Part shown: in pieces, positions 50,856-64,000 of the stretch
Layout of the letters: each line of letters begins with the position of its first letter
Position numbering within the stretch: the stretch's first letter is position 1
DNA from: Chrysomallon squamiferum
Lineage: Eukaryota; Animalia; Mollusca
Direction of reading: 5' to 3'
Assembly: GCA_012295275.1 (NCBI GenBank)
Contig: CM022665.1
Coordinates: 4,588,001-4,652,000, forward strand
DNA length: 64,000 nucleotides
The notes under the pieces: model-generated
What the model was told of the DNA's origin: nothing
The model's input: the letters and a program-made list of their open reading frames with translations, nothing else
Database searches by the model: none
Position numbers and translations under genes: made by a program

Positions 50856-52060
50856 CAAAATAATTAATGCAGTTAATGATACATATTACACTCGAATCGA
50901 AATTTATTATTTTTTTCTCGATTTATCTTAATTTATTTATTATTGTCATTATTATGTTGTTGTTTTATTTTGTTGCATTTTAATATTAATTTGACTGTCA
51001 ACGGTGTTTTTCTTTGTTGTTTTGGTTTTTTTCTCGATAATTATGTCAGTACCTGTTAGAGAAGTTGCATAATTAAGAAGGATTTTTATATTTTGCGTGT
51101 ACGCGCGTGAGTGTTTTTAATAGAAAGTGTTGGGCAGGGACTTTTCCGATGTTTAATATTATATCTAACATTGTTTATGTGAAATTCCCGCTCTTAATCT
51201 CTTTCTGGCTCGTAGAACACTAAACACTAATTGCTGTGTGCGACAGTCTGTTTTCTAAAGTGTACACAAGGGATCCCTTGCTAACGAAAAGAGTAAATCA
51301 ACCATTACTTAAAGACTATTGATGTCACCCTGTGACTGCATTTTAAATTTATAACAAGTGCACAACTTAATAGAAACGTTTTTTCAAACCTTAAGTTTTG
51401 AATATTTAAATAACACAATATATACCTGACAGAATTTTGTTTCGCAATATTTGTTGTTTAACCTTTTGTTGGGGGGGCGGATAACAAAATTATTGATTTT
51501 TTTTTATTTAGAAACAAGATTTGGGATATACGAATGGACTATGATAAGAATAACAAAGATTTTCAGCTATATAAATATGCACACGATGTACTTTTAATGT
51601 ATTTTTTTTTTTTGGTTTTCTTAGGTCGGATCGTTACTTAATTACTCAAATCTGTTTTACAATCCTTCAAAACTGACACGAAGATACTGACAGTCGTAAA
51701 TATAATTTAACGCTTTGTTTACATTCAATGAAAATGCTTACATCTTCTTGCAACATATGTCGAAGCTGTACTACATGCTGTTACCAGTTATTATGAAGAG
51801 ACAGATATGATACTTACGGACTTGAATTGTTAACAGAACTACAAAATAATAGGTTCAGAACATTTTTAAATCATTGCCAACAACCTCTTCACTTGGAATA
51901 TCTCAAATAATATGTTTATAGATACTTAATCTGCTTGTGTGTCTGGGAATGTATGTATTTGTGTGAATGCTCGAGAGAGTATGCTTGTGTCTGTATGTCT
52001 ATATGTGTGTGAGTGTGTGTGTGTGTGTGTCTGTGTGTGTAATATATATACACAAGAGAC

Positions 52061-52160
<100 letters not shown>

Positions 52161-52621
52161 ATATTATAGAACGTAACTTTTTCTTACCTTGTTATGAATC
52201 ACTGATAAACAGACATAGCCGATGAAAACAGGATGTTTATCATATAAAACTGATAAATATATTTATGACATGAAACATACACAGATACACTTTTTCAAAT
52301 GAACTGAGACAGAATACCTGCAAGAGATAAAACGTAGGAACAAATTTACATGGTTTTAGGATATTCAGATGGCCAAAATATTTATTTCAAACTTTTTCAT
52401 GTTTATCTGCTAAATTACTTAAAATTATGACAGATGATTTCCTCAGTATTACTTCGACTCTTATATATAATTTGTGAATATGCTGGCCGACATTTTCTAT
52501 TAAACCCACCCAAACTCACACAGCCAAACGCAAACATACAATGCTTTTTAATAATCTAATTTCTGCAATAGCAACTAAAACAATTCTCAAGAAAGAATAT
52601 GTATGTATGTATGTATGTTTG

Positions 52622-52693
<72 letters not shown>

Positions 52694-52879
52694 TGCACTT
52701 CAAACAAGAATGAGAGAAAGAAAGAGGGAGATAGCCTTACATACTCTTTACAATAAAATTAATATTAATACCCAACAAAATATAAAATAATAATGACAAC
52801 ACTAAATCAAAAAAAACGAATGGGGAAATATAAATACTCGATTCGAGTGTAATATGTATCATTAACTGCATTAATTACT

Positions 52880-53099
52880 TTGAGATTAGATTACAGAATC
52901 TCGCATCCACTAACGAGATTTTTTGTTTATTTTGTGAGTATCACAACAGATTGCTTCAACAGGATCTGCTGTTTTAATACGTTTTCACACTGTATCGCTG
53001 ATTTAAGTGAAAACAAAAACACCAGTTTAGTATAAAGTAACTGACTTCAGGAGACAAGTTATTCATTCAATCCTCGACAGACCGATTTACGATTTAAAG
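52880..53099 (+). promoter_or_regulatory. Promoter and non-coding exon 1 of copy H
   Basis: ACAACAGATTGCTTCAACAGGATCT at ~52943-52967, TATAAA at 53031; exon ends TTTAAAG|GTAAGC at 53099. Confidence 0.75.
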
Positions 53100-53408
53100 G
53101 TAAGCCTTAAAGCTCATTTGTCTGAAACCTAGTATTTAGTGTATTTTCGATCTATTCTTCTAATATTGAACACTCCAAGCTTAATGCTTGCAGTTAATAG
53201 TGCAATATAATTTATAATTTATATTAATATTACAGTAATTTTCAAAATGTGCGCGAACGTTTTGCTATCGTTATTAATTTTAATTCTTACATTTTAATTT
53301 TGAATTAAATGTTTGAAAGTGCAACATCTATAAAAGTACCACAATTGCTATTCAGCCGATTTAGTTGCTATTGTCTTAATTTAAATGTTTTGTCTATTTT
53401 TTCTACAG

Positions 53409-54532
53409 ATGAGAGTTGCTATTCTTCTTGTACTGTTGGTAGTGTTCGCTGTTCTAAATCAGGGCGACGCTTGGCCAAGATTTCGTATCAGAATTCGCTG
53501 GAGACGAGTGAGAGACTTTGCTAAACGCGCTGCTGCAAGCTGGGCTATTAAAAAAGCAGCAGCACTGGCAGTAGCTGCCGGAAAACGAGGTAGGAATTAA
53601 AATTCGGTTTTGGATCCGCCTTGGTTAAAACTGAATAAAACACGTTTAACCTTTGTTGTCCAGACAGTTTTGTTCGAAGAGAAAGGTGTTCGATTTTTAA
53701 AAATGTTGCATTTACCTTACAAACCTTTGGGTAATACAAGAAATATCTGTACTTAGACACTTTCCGATTGAAGAATATTTTTAAAATGAAAATGAAAAAT
53801 AATGATTTATATATTTGGAGGAGGGGTTGATATAAATATGTGTAATGATTTATTCATGTTTAATATTTTCCTTGTTTTTCACATATGGTGTTCACTACCT
53901 CGATTTAAATCAAAATAATGTATGTTCTCTACTGAGCTTAATTCGCGATCTAAAACGGATTTTGGTATGTGTGTTTCGATATCTATGTCCAAGTTTTGGA
54001 ACTTTATCAGTTTTTAGTTAATAACGTATTTATTTCAGACGTTTCGGAGCTTGACACCAACATGGACGGAATTCTAGACAAACAGGAACTAGAGAAAATA
54101 ATGAGTGAACGAGACGCTGAAAATTTCTTGGAACTTGTTGACGAGGATGGTAAAGAATAATTCAGTCAAAATAAAGATAGTAATAATAACAGTAAAACAT
54201 CATTCAAATATTTTTGGATCAAAATTAAAATGTCAGAATACTACTTTTAACAAGAGATAAAAATTATCGTTAGAATTAAAGGGAGATTTTAAATGTTAAA
54301 ATTATGAAACCAAAAAAAAAAAACAAATAGGAGAATTATCATTACCGTATTTTATTCTTATTTTTACACTTTTAGTTAGGTAAGAATTAAATTTGTATTA
54401 TTATTAGTAGTAGTAGTAGTAGTAGTAGAAGTAGTAGTAGTATATGTTAAATTATTTGTATTACTAGGAAACGCCAAGATCACCACAAACGAGTTCGAGC
54501 GAATGATCAGAGAACTGAATGAAATGGAGTAA
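53409..54532 (+). CDS. Copy H: secreted cationic peptide/EF-hand precursor (118 aa)
   Basis: Exons 53409-53589, 54039-54149 and 54468-54532. Mature peptide WPRFRIRIRWRRVRDFAKRAAASWAIKKAAALAVAA|GKR; tail DVSELDTNMDGILDKQELEKIMSERDAENFLELVDEDGNAKITTNEFERMIRELNEME*. The 3' UTR exon starts at 54921. Confidence 0.92.
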
Positions 54533-55405
54533 AAAAAAGGAATAATTTAAACATTTTTTTATTATCTTTTTTTTAATGTAAGTTCATTTTTTATTGTTTG
54601 TCATTTCCTTTGTTTCTAAGTTTGCCTTCGGGTCCGGGGTGGTAATGATTTGTAACTTTTTAAAATATTATTAATCTTCTGTTTATTATATATAACACAA
54701 AAAATAAATATCATGTTATTAAAATACCACTGACTTTATTTTTTTCCTGTTTTTATTTTCTTCTTCTTCATATTCTATATTTTTTTTTTTTTTTTTTTTT
54801 CCATGATACGAGTGTTCAAATTATATCTGAAATAAAGCCTTATAAGTGAAGGCCAAATTTTTGGAAAATTATTTAATGAAGATCCACAGTTTAGTTTAAT
54901 TTATTTTTCTCTTTAAACAGCTTCAACACGAAGAGCTATCAAGATATAAACTGCCATGTTAAAAGAATGACAAAATAGAAATAAAACTGTTTTGTTAAAT
55001 AAATATCTAAGAAATGTTTATAATTGTTTAGAGTTTTTTGTTCATTTGTTTTTCAAACTGTAGGTAGGACATATTCGGAGCAAGCCAACATAGCCATATG
55101 TCATAATATTCATTAAAAGTATTTTTACTTTGTTCATTTCTAAAGATCTCAGAACAGAATAAATGAAAAGTATGAAGTATTTTAAAATAGCATTATTCCA
55201 AAATGCCACGAATCAGATAATTGTTATATATTTACGAATTACATACTTTGTCACAAAACGGTAAAACAAGATAAAAAGGTTTACTGAACAGATATTTGAA
55301 TATGGACATCACTGTGTTCACCTTTCACAAAAGTTAAAGATAGAATACCTAAAAATACTACGCTTACCGGGGAAAAAATATCTGAAAATGCAACTTTACT
55401 AACCG

Positions 55406-55441
<36 letters not shown>

Positions 55442-55535
55442 ATAATAATAATAAAAAGGCGCACTGCATCAAGATTCTAAGGACTTGAAAGAATAAGGCG
55501 TTTTACCATTAATTTATTCTTTTGTTTTTCTTCAA

Positions 55536-56039
55536 ATGAAAGTTGTTTGTTATGTCGTAACCCTGTTCTAAATAAAAGCTGTGCTTTAATCGTCAGGGGG
55601 GCGAGTCAGGGATTGGACTATACGTCAAACTGTAAACTGGGTTATCGACAACTTTAGCAATACCAGCCGAAAGAAAGAGGTTTCATGTTATAAAAACAGA
55701 ATGACAAACCTTGAAAAAAAAAAAAAAAAAAAAATTATAATAATTATATCCAACATTTTCATTATTTAGAAGGTTGTACATTTTATCCCTAATAAAAGAA
55801 TTTAAAAAATTGTTATCTAAGTCATACTTGTCAAACTAAACTGTTGTATTTTGCTTTGTTCTAGGCTTGTATTAAGAATATTCTATCATTTGTACGTTAT
55901 TAATTTAGAGATTAAATAATGTATTTAAGATTTGTCTTGTCTCGAAGTCAGTACGACGAAATAATGAGCGAAGAGAAACTTGTGAAAATAAAGAGAAAGA
56001 AAGACGCTCAAGATTCCGTGCAGTGTTTGAACGAAAATG
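55536..56039 (+). pseudogene. Copy I: decayed family member, inverted twin of copy F
   Basis: TTTTTCTTCAA|ATGAAA..VLNKSCA..RVRDWTIRQTVNW (55536-55679). The exon-3 relic at 55930-56039, DLSCLEVS/DEIMSEEKLVKIKRKKDAQDSVQCLNEN, aligns with DVSELDTNMDGILDKQELEKIMSERDAENFLELVDED. Confidence 0.72.
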
Positions 56040-57321
56040 TTAAATATTTTATTATTATGATATTTTACTTTACTTTTTTCTGTTCACAGTTTGTTTTTCA
56101 AACTGTTTAATAGCTATTGATTCATATTTTTTGCCATGCATTATCGTTTTCATTTTCAGTCCCTTACAGGTGCATAACGACCTCCCATTGGTTTAGGTCA
56201 GCAGCTTTTGCTTTGCAAATGCTTCCAAAGTTTGATGATGTCGTCTGTTTTTTCTTGTTCCTCTATCTTTCTCGTTTTTTTTTCACCTTCCGTGTGAACT
56301 GCTTGATGGCTTGAATATATAGCAACTGAAATGGAAATGTAAACTACAGGGGACTGTAATTTTGTAATAAAATTTGACAGACTCCTTATAATGTTTATTT
56401 ATGAAGGCTTAATGAGCTATTAATATCAGAAGTGTTTGCAAGTGGTCTTTAACAGACGTGCACGTTGTGTTTTATGTTGAAATCAATTTAATAAAATAAT
56501 ATTTGGCAGATTTTAACCTTATTGTTTTTTTACCTTTTCTCTCTGTCGAAAAATCTGTATCATATCTCTGATGCTGGACTGTTATTGCAAATGTATTAAC
56601 AGGTTTTTCCATCTTAAAAACACATAAGTAAAATATTTATGCATCTTTTTACATTATTTTTTTCTCTAATTTAAAGAGATTCGTTAGCTGTACAACATCA
56701 AAAGGTAATAATAATACTGCTAAATTTAACCATCCATTCATTACATAACGAGATTTTTGCCAGGAATATTTTTTTCTGAATAAACGTTAGGAAAAATGGA
56801 CTATCTGACAGTTTGTACACGAAATCCTATATCTGTCTGTTTTTGCAAGTAGTTTTTCAATCACTCTGGTTGTGGGTCGAAATCAGTTGTGTTTTGCCCA
56901 CGGAACAGTCCGAGCTGTAGAGCATTTCATCTGACTGCTGTTGTATGTGTTTGTCTTGTGGAAGGTCTGTAAAACCTGAAGAAAAATGAAAATAACTGAT
57001 AGCATACATTTGCAACTTGAGCATGACTGATATAATTCTCAGCTTTTTATAGTCGGCGCATACAAGTCGCAAAATAATGCTGAATGTTTGTTTTTCGTCT
57101 CGTTTTTATAACCCGAAGTGTAGTAATACGACAACAACCTTTTTTTTTTGCACTGAATGGATGAGGGACAAAATCGTGTAAACATACTTTCTTATAGGAC
57201 TCTTTACTCACTTGAAACCGACCGGTCCAAGCAATAATGCAACAACATGATTTCAGTGTTCTGTAGACCTTTACTCAAAAAAAAAAAAAAAAAAAAAAAT
57301 GAAAAATAAATAAATTAATTA

Positions 57322-57391
<70 letters not shown>

Positions 57392-57709
57392 TTTTTGGCC
57401 AGTCTTTTATTGAAGTGTGAACGTTTCGGTCTGAATTTTTGTTTTTATTTAATTTTCATTATATCAGTATAAACTTATTCAAGTGAGGAGTGATTAGCAA
57501 TACACTATTTTGTGTAATTAACTGGCTTCGAACGTCCCTGTGTTCACTGTAATTGCAAATTACTGCTGCAAAGGACACTGTTATCACAAAATTACAACAT
57601 TTCGTTGAAGAGTAGTTTGTATAATTAATAGAAACGTAATTTCCATACATTTGCTGAAATTGCAGTCCATGCTGCTTAAAAATGATAGAGTTCTTCAGAG
57701 AACCACTGG

Positions 57710-57935
57710 CCTATACTCTGCTCTAGCTTGAAACTCCAGCGTAAAGCGCAGACTACATACAAAATCATGCTTCGCGTGTTGGAGGAAGCAAGCGGTGATC
57801 CTGCTGTAATAATACTTGAATTTGAATTAGGCATCAAACATGCTCTGCACTCTGTAACACGTATTCAATCAGTACTATTTTTATCCCATGACCTATTGGG
57901 TCTTACTAATATGTATAAAACTGTTGACGATTTTT
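57710..57935 (+). mobile_element. Decayed MULE (Mutator-like) transposase fragment
   Basis: PLAYTLL..LQRKAQTTYKIMLRVLEEASGDPAVIILEFELGIKHALHSV...LGLTNMYKTVDDF resembles the MULE domain pattern PLxYxLLxxKxxxTY..DPxxIxxDFExxxxNA..LGLxxxY. GGCCAAAACGTCC-type short repeats lie at ~58185-58235. Confidence 0.65.
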
Positions 57936-58706
57936 CTATTTTATTTTATTTTATTTTTTCTGTTTTATGGATAAATAAATACATTTGTCAGCCACAACTT
58001 GAGTCATGATCAGCCTAACATTTAAAACGGTACATGAACTGGTGCATATGTGTTGCTAATTTAAAGTATTCAAATACTGTTACTGTGATAACAAATAAAT
58101 GATTTTCATATTTTCGCTACTATTTCCTCAAAATGAAATTAATTGATACATATGGGCAAAACTTTCACCTTTAGCAACATGTTTGGCCAAAACGTCCAAG
58201 ATCGAAATGTCTTACACCAAAATATCCTAGGCCGACTTCCGTACTCAAAACGTTTTATACAGTCATCTGAACTATTCAGTCATTCGGTGAACAAGTGTTG
58301 CTATTGTGATTCCAACACTAGTCGTCTGTCGAAGCTCTCCAGTTCAGGCTGTTTATTCCAGACACGTTTGCCCAGGAGACCGTGTGTATTTAATGAAGAT
58401 AATTTCTTACACGTTTTCCACACTCCAAACATGATGTTTTACTTTTTTACAAAGGCTGTGAAGGAAACAAATATCTCGAACATCCGAGTTTATGTAAATA
58501 ATGTATTATGTGATGTTTTATTGTCATGTGAATTGTTAACAAAACAAACAACAGATAAAAAACTGTAATCAAACTGGTAACAAAAATAGCCAAATATGTC
58601 TGCGTATTAGATCTATCTATTTATGTATTTTATCTAGCAGCCAACACTTGAGTAAAACCGCACTGTACCGGCACATCCAATAAATATCCAATAGTTTTTC
58701 CATCCC

Positions 58707-58755
<49 letters not shown>

Positions 58756-59369
58756 GTGTGTACCTGCATACATACATGCATACATAAATACGCACAGACA
58801 CATACACATACACTTGCACACATATATACATACACATATACTTACATATACAAACACACACACAGACAGATACATACATGAGTATGCTATATACACAGAA
58901 TCAGCAGACAAGCGTATATGTTATTTTTTGTTTTTAACTGATGTTGATACGAATTAACAATCTTCTGAAGGTGTTATTTGCCAATTTTGTTAAGAGTATA
59001 AATAAATAAATATAATTGTATATTTCTCTTCATAACAGTTGGTAACATGTCTTCCACATCTGCTGCAAGAAAATGTGAGCATTTTCATTAAATGTCGACA
59101 AAGTGTTAAATTATATTTACGATTGTTAACGCCTATTGTGAACATCTGAAAGATCATAACAGATTTGAGTAATTACCTGACGATCCCATTTAAGCTGAAT
59201 AAAAATACCACACTTCAGCTTTACACGTTCCTTAGAGTAAAATTAATATTAATACCCAACAAAATATAAAATAACATGATTATGACAACACTAAATAAAT
59301 TAAAAGAATGGGGAAAAATAAATTTCGATTCGAGTGTAATATGTATCATTAACTGCATTAATTACTTTG

Positions 59370-59586
59370 AGATTAGATTACAGAATCTCGCCTCCAGTAA
59401 CGAGATTTTTTGTTTATTTTCTGAGTATCGCAACAGACTGCTTCAACAGGATCTGCTGTTTTAATACGTTTTCACACTGTATCGCTGATTTAAGTGAAAA
59501 CAAAAACACCAGTTTAGTATAAAGTAACTGACTTCAGGAGACAAGTTATTCATTCAATCCTCGACAGACCGATTTACGATTTAAAG
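59370..59586 (+). promoter_or_regulatory. Promoter and non-coding exon 1 of copy J
   Basis: TCGCAACAGACTGCTTCAACAGGATCT at 59428-59454, TATAAA at 59518; exon ends TTTAAAG|GTAAGC at 59586. Near-identical to the G and H promoters. Confidence 0.75.
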
Positions 59587-59897
59587 GTAAGCCTTAAAGC
59601 TCATTTGTCTGAAACCTAGTATTTAGTGTATTTTCGATTTATTCTTCTAATATTGGGACATTGGACATTTTATTTAATTTTATTATTAATTCTTTTTAAT
59701 CAGTCTTAGAACAGCCATTTCGGTAGTCCAAATTCATGATACTCGTAAGAAAGGACAAATTTTAATTTTTACTCTTAAATTCATTTTAATTATTTCATTT
59801 TAATTTTGAATTAAATCTATAAAAGTACCACAATTGCTATTCAGCCGTTTTAGTTGATATTGTTTTAATTTAAATGTTTTGTCTATTTTTTCTACAG

Positions 59898-60319
59898 ATG
59901 AGAGTTGCTTTTCTTCTTGTACTAGTGCTAGTGTTCGCTGTTCTAAATCAGGGCGACGCTTGGCCTAGAATTCGTATCAGAATTCGCTGGAGACGAGTGA
60001 GAGATTTTGCTAAACGCGTTGCTGCAAGCTGGGCTATTAAAAAAGCAGCAGCACTGGCAGTAGCTGCCGGTAAACGAGGTAGGAATTAAAATTTAGATTC
60101 TGTTTTGTCTTTGTTAAAGTTGACATTAACCATGACACATTTCCATTTGTATATATTTTATAAAGATAATTTGTATATATTTTCGATATGAATAAGCGTA
60201 ATGAATTTTATATTTTTGATATGCTCCTTGGTTCATTTATAGCTCGTAGCTTTCAAACTAATAAAAATACAAATTGTGCTTAATTCTATGTAAAATGCAT
60301 TGTATGTGTGCGTGCGTGC

Positions 60320-60373
<54 letters not shown>

Positions 60374-60923
60374 ATGCTTTGGGTTTATATGTATAAATTT
60401 TAACGAATTTATTTCAGACGTTTCGGAGCTTGACACCAACATGGACGGAATCCTCGACAAACAGGAACTAGAGAAAATAATGAGTGAACGAGACGCTGAA
60501 AATTTCTTGGAACTTGTTGACGAGGATGGTAAAGAATAATTCAATCAAAATAAAGATAGTAATAATAACAGTAAAACATCATTCAAATATTAAATTAAAG
60601 ACTTAGTAAAGAATTTGCAGAGAACGAAGTTGGAAAAGAAGTTATCTTACCACTATTTAGAGACAGGTCGTTTGAAATCTTTGTGGAATTTCTTATTACT
60701 ATTACTACTACTATTGCTAATTTTACTATACTACTTCTATGATTACTATTAGTACTACTATTTTTTATGTAAAATTTAAATTTTATCTATTAATAAAAAT
60801 AAGTTATATGTTGCTGGTATTATTACTACTATTATTGTTTTATAATTTCTGTTACTAGGAAACGCCAAGATAACAACTAACGAGTTCGAGCGGATGGTCA
60901 GAGAACTGAATGAAATGGAGTAA
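59898..60923 (+). CDS. Copy J: secreted cationic peptide/EF-hand precursor (118 aa)
   Basis: Exons 59898-60078, 60418-60528 and 60859-60923: MRVAFLLVLVLVFAVLNQGDA|WPRIRIRIRWRRVRDFAKRVAASWAIKKAAALAVAA|GKR, with a tail identical in protein to copy G. The 3' UTR exon starts at 61321. Confidence 0.92.
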
Positions 60924-61035
60924 AGAAAAAAAAAGGTTAGTTGCTTTTTTAATGTTTGTTTCTTCGTTTGTTTCTAAGTGTGCTTTCTGGCCGGGGTTAT
61001 GTATTTGGAACATTTTAAAATGCTAATAATTTTTC

Positions 61036-61083
<48 letters not shown>

Positions 61084-63233
61084 TAAACATAAATGAAACG
61101 TGTCACTGAAATACGAAAGTTAATTTATTTTTTATTTATTAATTATTTTTTACTATTTTATCTTTTGTATTTTCTTCTTCATTCTTTTTCTCCATATATC
61201 TCCATTCTATGATATCTCAAAATATAACAGAACTAACGTGCTATTATTCAAAGCCAGTTTTAAAAAATGTATATATTTCACTGAAAATGCACAATTTTCT
61301 TTATTTTTCTCTTTAAACAGCTTCAACTCGGAGTGTTATGAAGATATACATCGTCATGTTAAAAGAATGACAAAACAGAAATAAAACTGTTTTATTAAAT
61401 AAATATCTAAGAAATGAATTATAATTGTGTAGTGTTTTTTGTTCGTTTGTGTTTTTCAGTCTCTATCACGTTTCAAGCTAGAGTTAAAAAATAGGTCACT
61501 TCTCCCTCTAGACACATTAAGCAGAAGTGAGACAAAACATCAAGTATTTATTTAAACACAAATTTTTGAAACACCAATGAACAGTTCACTATTTGGGTGG
61601 TCATTCATGATAAAACATTTTGATTTTTATCTTTCTTCCATTTTGTCAGAACCTTGAAAAAATCAAACCAAACAATGTGTGATCCATTCTCGGAAATCCT
61701 CATCAAGTCTTTAAATGTATTATTCTTTTGTATTCTCATTGTACTATTACTTGCAGCTTAGTACCCCGTGTCTCGGACCTCTACTTGCGTGGTTTTAAAA
61801 ATTGTAATCTGTACTGTCCAAATAATTAAGTGCCGAGGTTTATGATCTTCATCCCAGTTAATTTGATTGTATACAAGTTTAAAACAACTGTGTTTGTTGT
61901 CAGTCTCTAATGACAGCATTCTTGCAGCTATTCATACAATTGGTCACATAATCTCCTTCCTTGTTACCAGCTAGTGATAAACATTTCCTTCTGTAGTACT
62001 CGGTCGTAGAAACAAAATCTGTATCGACTTTGTATTAGTATTTGGTAAGATTTGTATATGTTGTCATTAAATACTAATTCAGTTATCAATTTTTGAACTC
62101 TCATAACAAAATAAATGAAACGTATGAAGCCATTTTGTAACAACATAACTCAAAAAATATCATGAATTAGATGATAACATTTTGATTATTGTCTTCATTT
62201 GACGAGAGAGAATGGCCTGTTTACATATTTACAGTGTATCTTTTACGAATTACATACTTTGTGATAAAATGATGAGATACGTTAAGAAGGTGTATTGAAA
62301 GGATATTTGAATTCATACGTCATTTATTCTATTAAGGAGTTAAACCCATCCATGTATGTGTGTGTCTCTCACCCTCTCATCATCATCTTCATCATCATCA
62401 TCATCAATATTATCATTATTATTATTATATAGAAATTTTTATTAATAAAAAGGATTATAAAGTATTAATGAAAATATCCGTTATGAGTTCTAGGTCTTGT
62501 TTATTGCATGATACAGACCTCAGAAATCAAAAGTGAAAAAAAAAAAAAAAAAACAAACAAACAAATAACAAAGAAGAAAAAAAAAAAAAAAAAAGTTAAT
62601 TAATGACTTATATGAACAAAAGAATACAATTAAAATATATCTGCAGCTGTCGTGTTTCCGTAGTGATGACGTCTTCGTGTACATGGCATATCTATTTTCT
62701 CAAAAGTTTCTCCTAGCGTCTACAAAATACAATTATCAAAAAATGCTTAAATGAATATCCATGCATAAACAGTTTCAACTCGTCTATGATATAAACGGAA
62801 AGATAAAACTTCTCCTAAATACCGTAGAAATGAGATATAATTGCTTCGGTTTTTTTGTTGTTTTTTTGTCTTTTTTGTTTGTTTTCTTTTTCTTAATTAA
62901 TTAATTTATTTATTTATTGTTTTATGTTTTATTTTATTTTAAAAAGCGAAGTTGAAAGTGATATTTGCTTTCATAATCTCAACGGCTTACATGGCATCGG
63001 GTATTACAAATCAGACATTCTTAAACTTTCTTCCATATCACTTTTATGTATTTCTATATCATCATCATCATCATCATCATCATCATTAGTATTATTATAC
63101 GGAGTTTGAACTCGCACGGTTTGGCAATTCCAGTTCTTTCAAAATATCGTATAAGGCTTCCGTAAAGTAAAATTATTTATTTTGGAGAAAACAAATCCAG
63201 ATCGATATGACTGTCTGCTTTTGTAGTGGAATA

Positions 63234-63285
<52 letters not shown>

Positions 63286-63580
63286 AAAATAAAAAAAAAA
63301 ATGCCGTCCGCTTCCCTTTCAGCAGGTTTCCGCTGATCTAAGGGACATAACTACTGAAAAACAATCGGAACTCGACGAAAAATGTCTGCACATCGCAGAT
63401 GGCAGCTCATGACATACGGGATAAAATAACTACGTTCAACAGTTTTACTTTATTATCATACTTTGTTATGAATACCCCAAAACAATAAAATATTAACTTG
63501 TAAGCATAACATTTTTAATAGATCAGATATTCTTACGACTATAGCATAGACTTTAAACAGAATAGATGCATTTGATAACA

Positions 63581-63637
<57 letters not shown>

Positions 63638-63948
63638 GGTAGAAATAGTAGAAGTAGTAGTAGTGGTAGTAATGATAATAATAACAACTGTTACTCCAAT
63701 CTGAAAAATGTAATTCTCGTTAGCATGAAATTAATTGATGAAATTCCCGTGCTGAATAAAATTACTGTTTGTAAGGAAAAGAAAGGGACTGAAGTTATCT
63801 CCCATCCTACTACCCAGAGAATGTCATGGTATTTTTCTGATGACAGCTAATGATCTTCATGGTAGTGATTTCAATTATTAATAATAATCTGTTGTTATTA
63901 CATTCATCAGTCAAGCTAGAGGCTTCACTGTGTTGCTGGAATGAAGAC

Positions 63949-64000
<52 letters not shown>

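Overview
Very AT-rich, microsatellite-rich eukaryotic DNA with GT-AG spliceosomal introns. An invertebrate, possibly a mollusc, is an inference from composition and gene type only. The ORF track fragments the real content, which is a cluster of about 10 paralogous 5-exon genes (labelled A-J here). Each encodes a ~118-aa secreted precursor: a 21-aa signal peptide, a Cys-free Arg/Trp-rich cationic peptide (29-37 aa), a GKR amidation/cleavage site, and an acidic ~58-aa tail with two EF-hand loops. Six copies splice into intact ORFs (B, C, E, G, H, J), one has a single frameshift (A) and three are decayed (D, F, I). The genes share a recognisable promoter and occur three times as head-to-head pairs about 2 kb apart. 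They show inverted and tandem duplication and mosaic (conversion-like) structure. A ~0.45-kb tandem repeat and a ~15-kb complex satellite separate the two halves of the cluster, and Tc1, MULE and MITE relics are scattered through it. Best candidate novel system: a birth-and-death family of linear, probably amidated antimicrobial/defence peptides, each made with its own EF-hand (Ca2+-sensing) propeptide. All exon models were spliced and translated by hand, and function is inferred, not shown.
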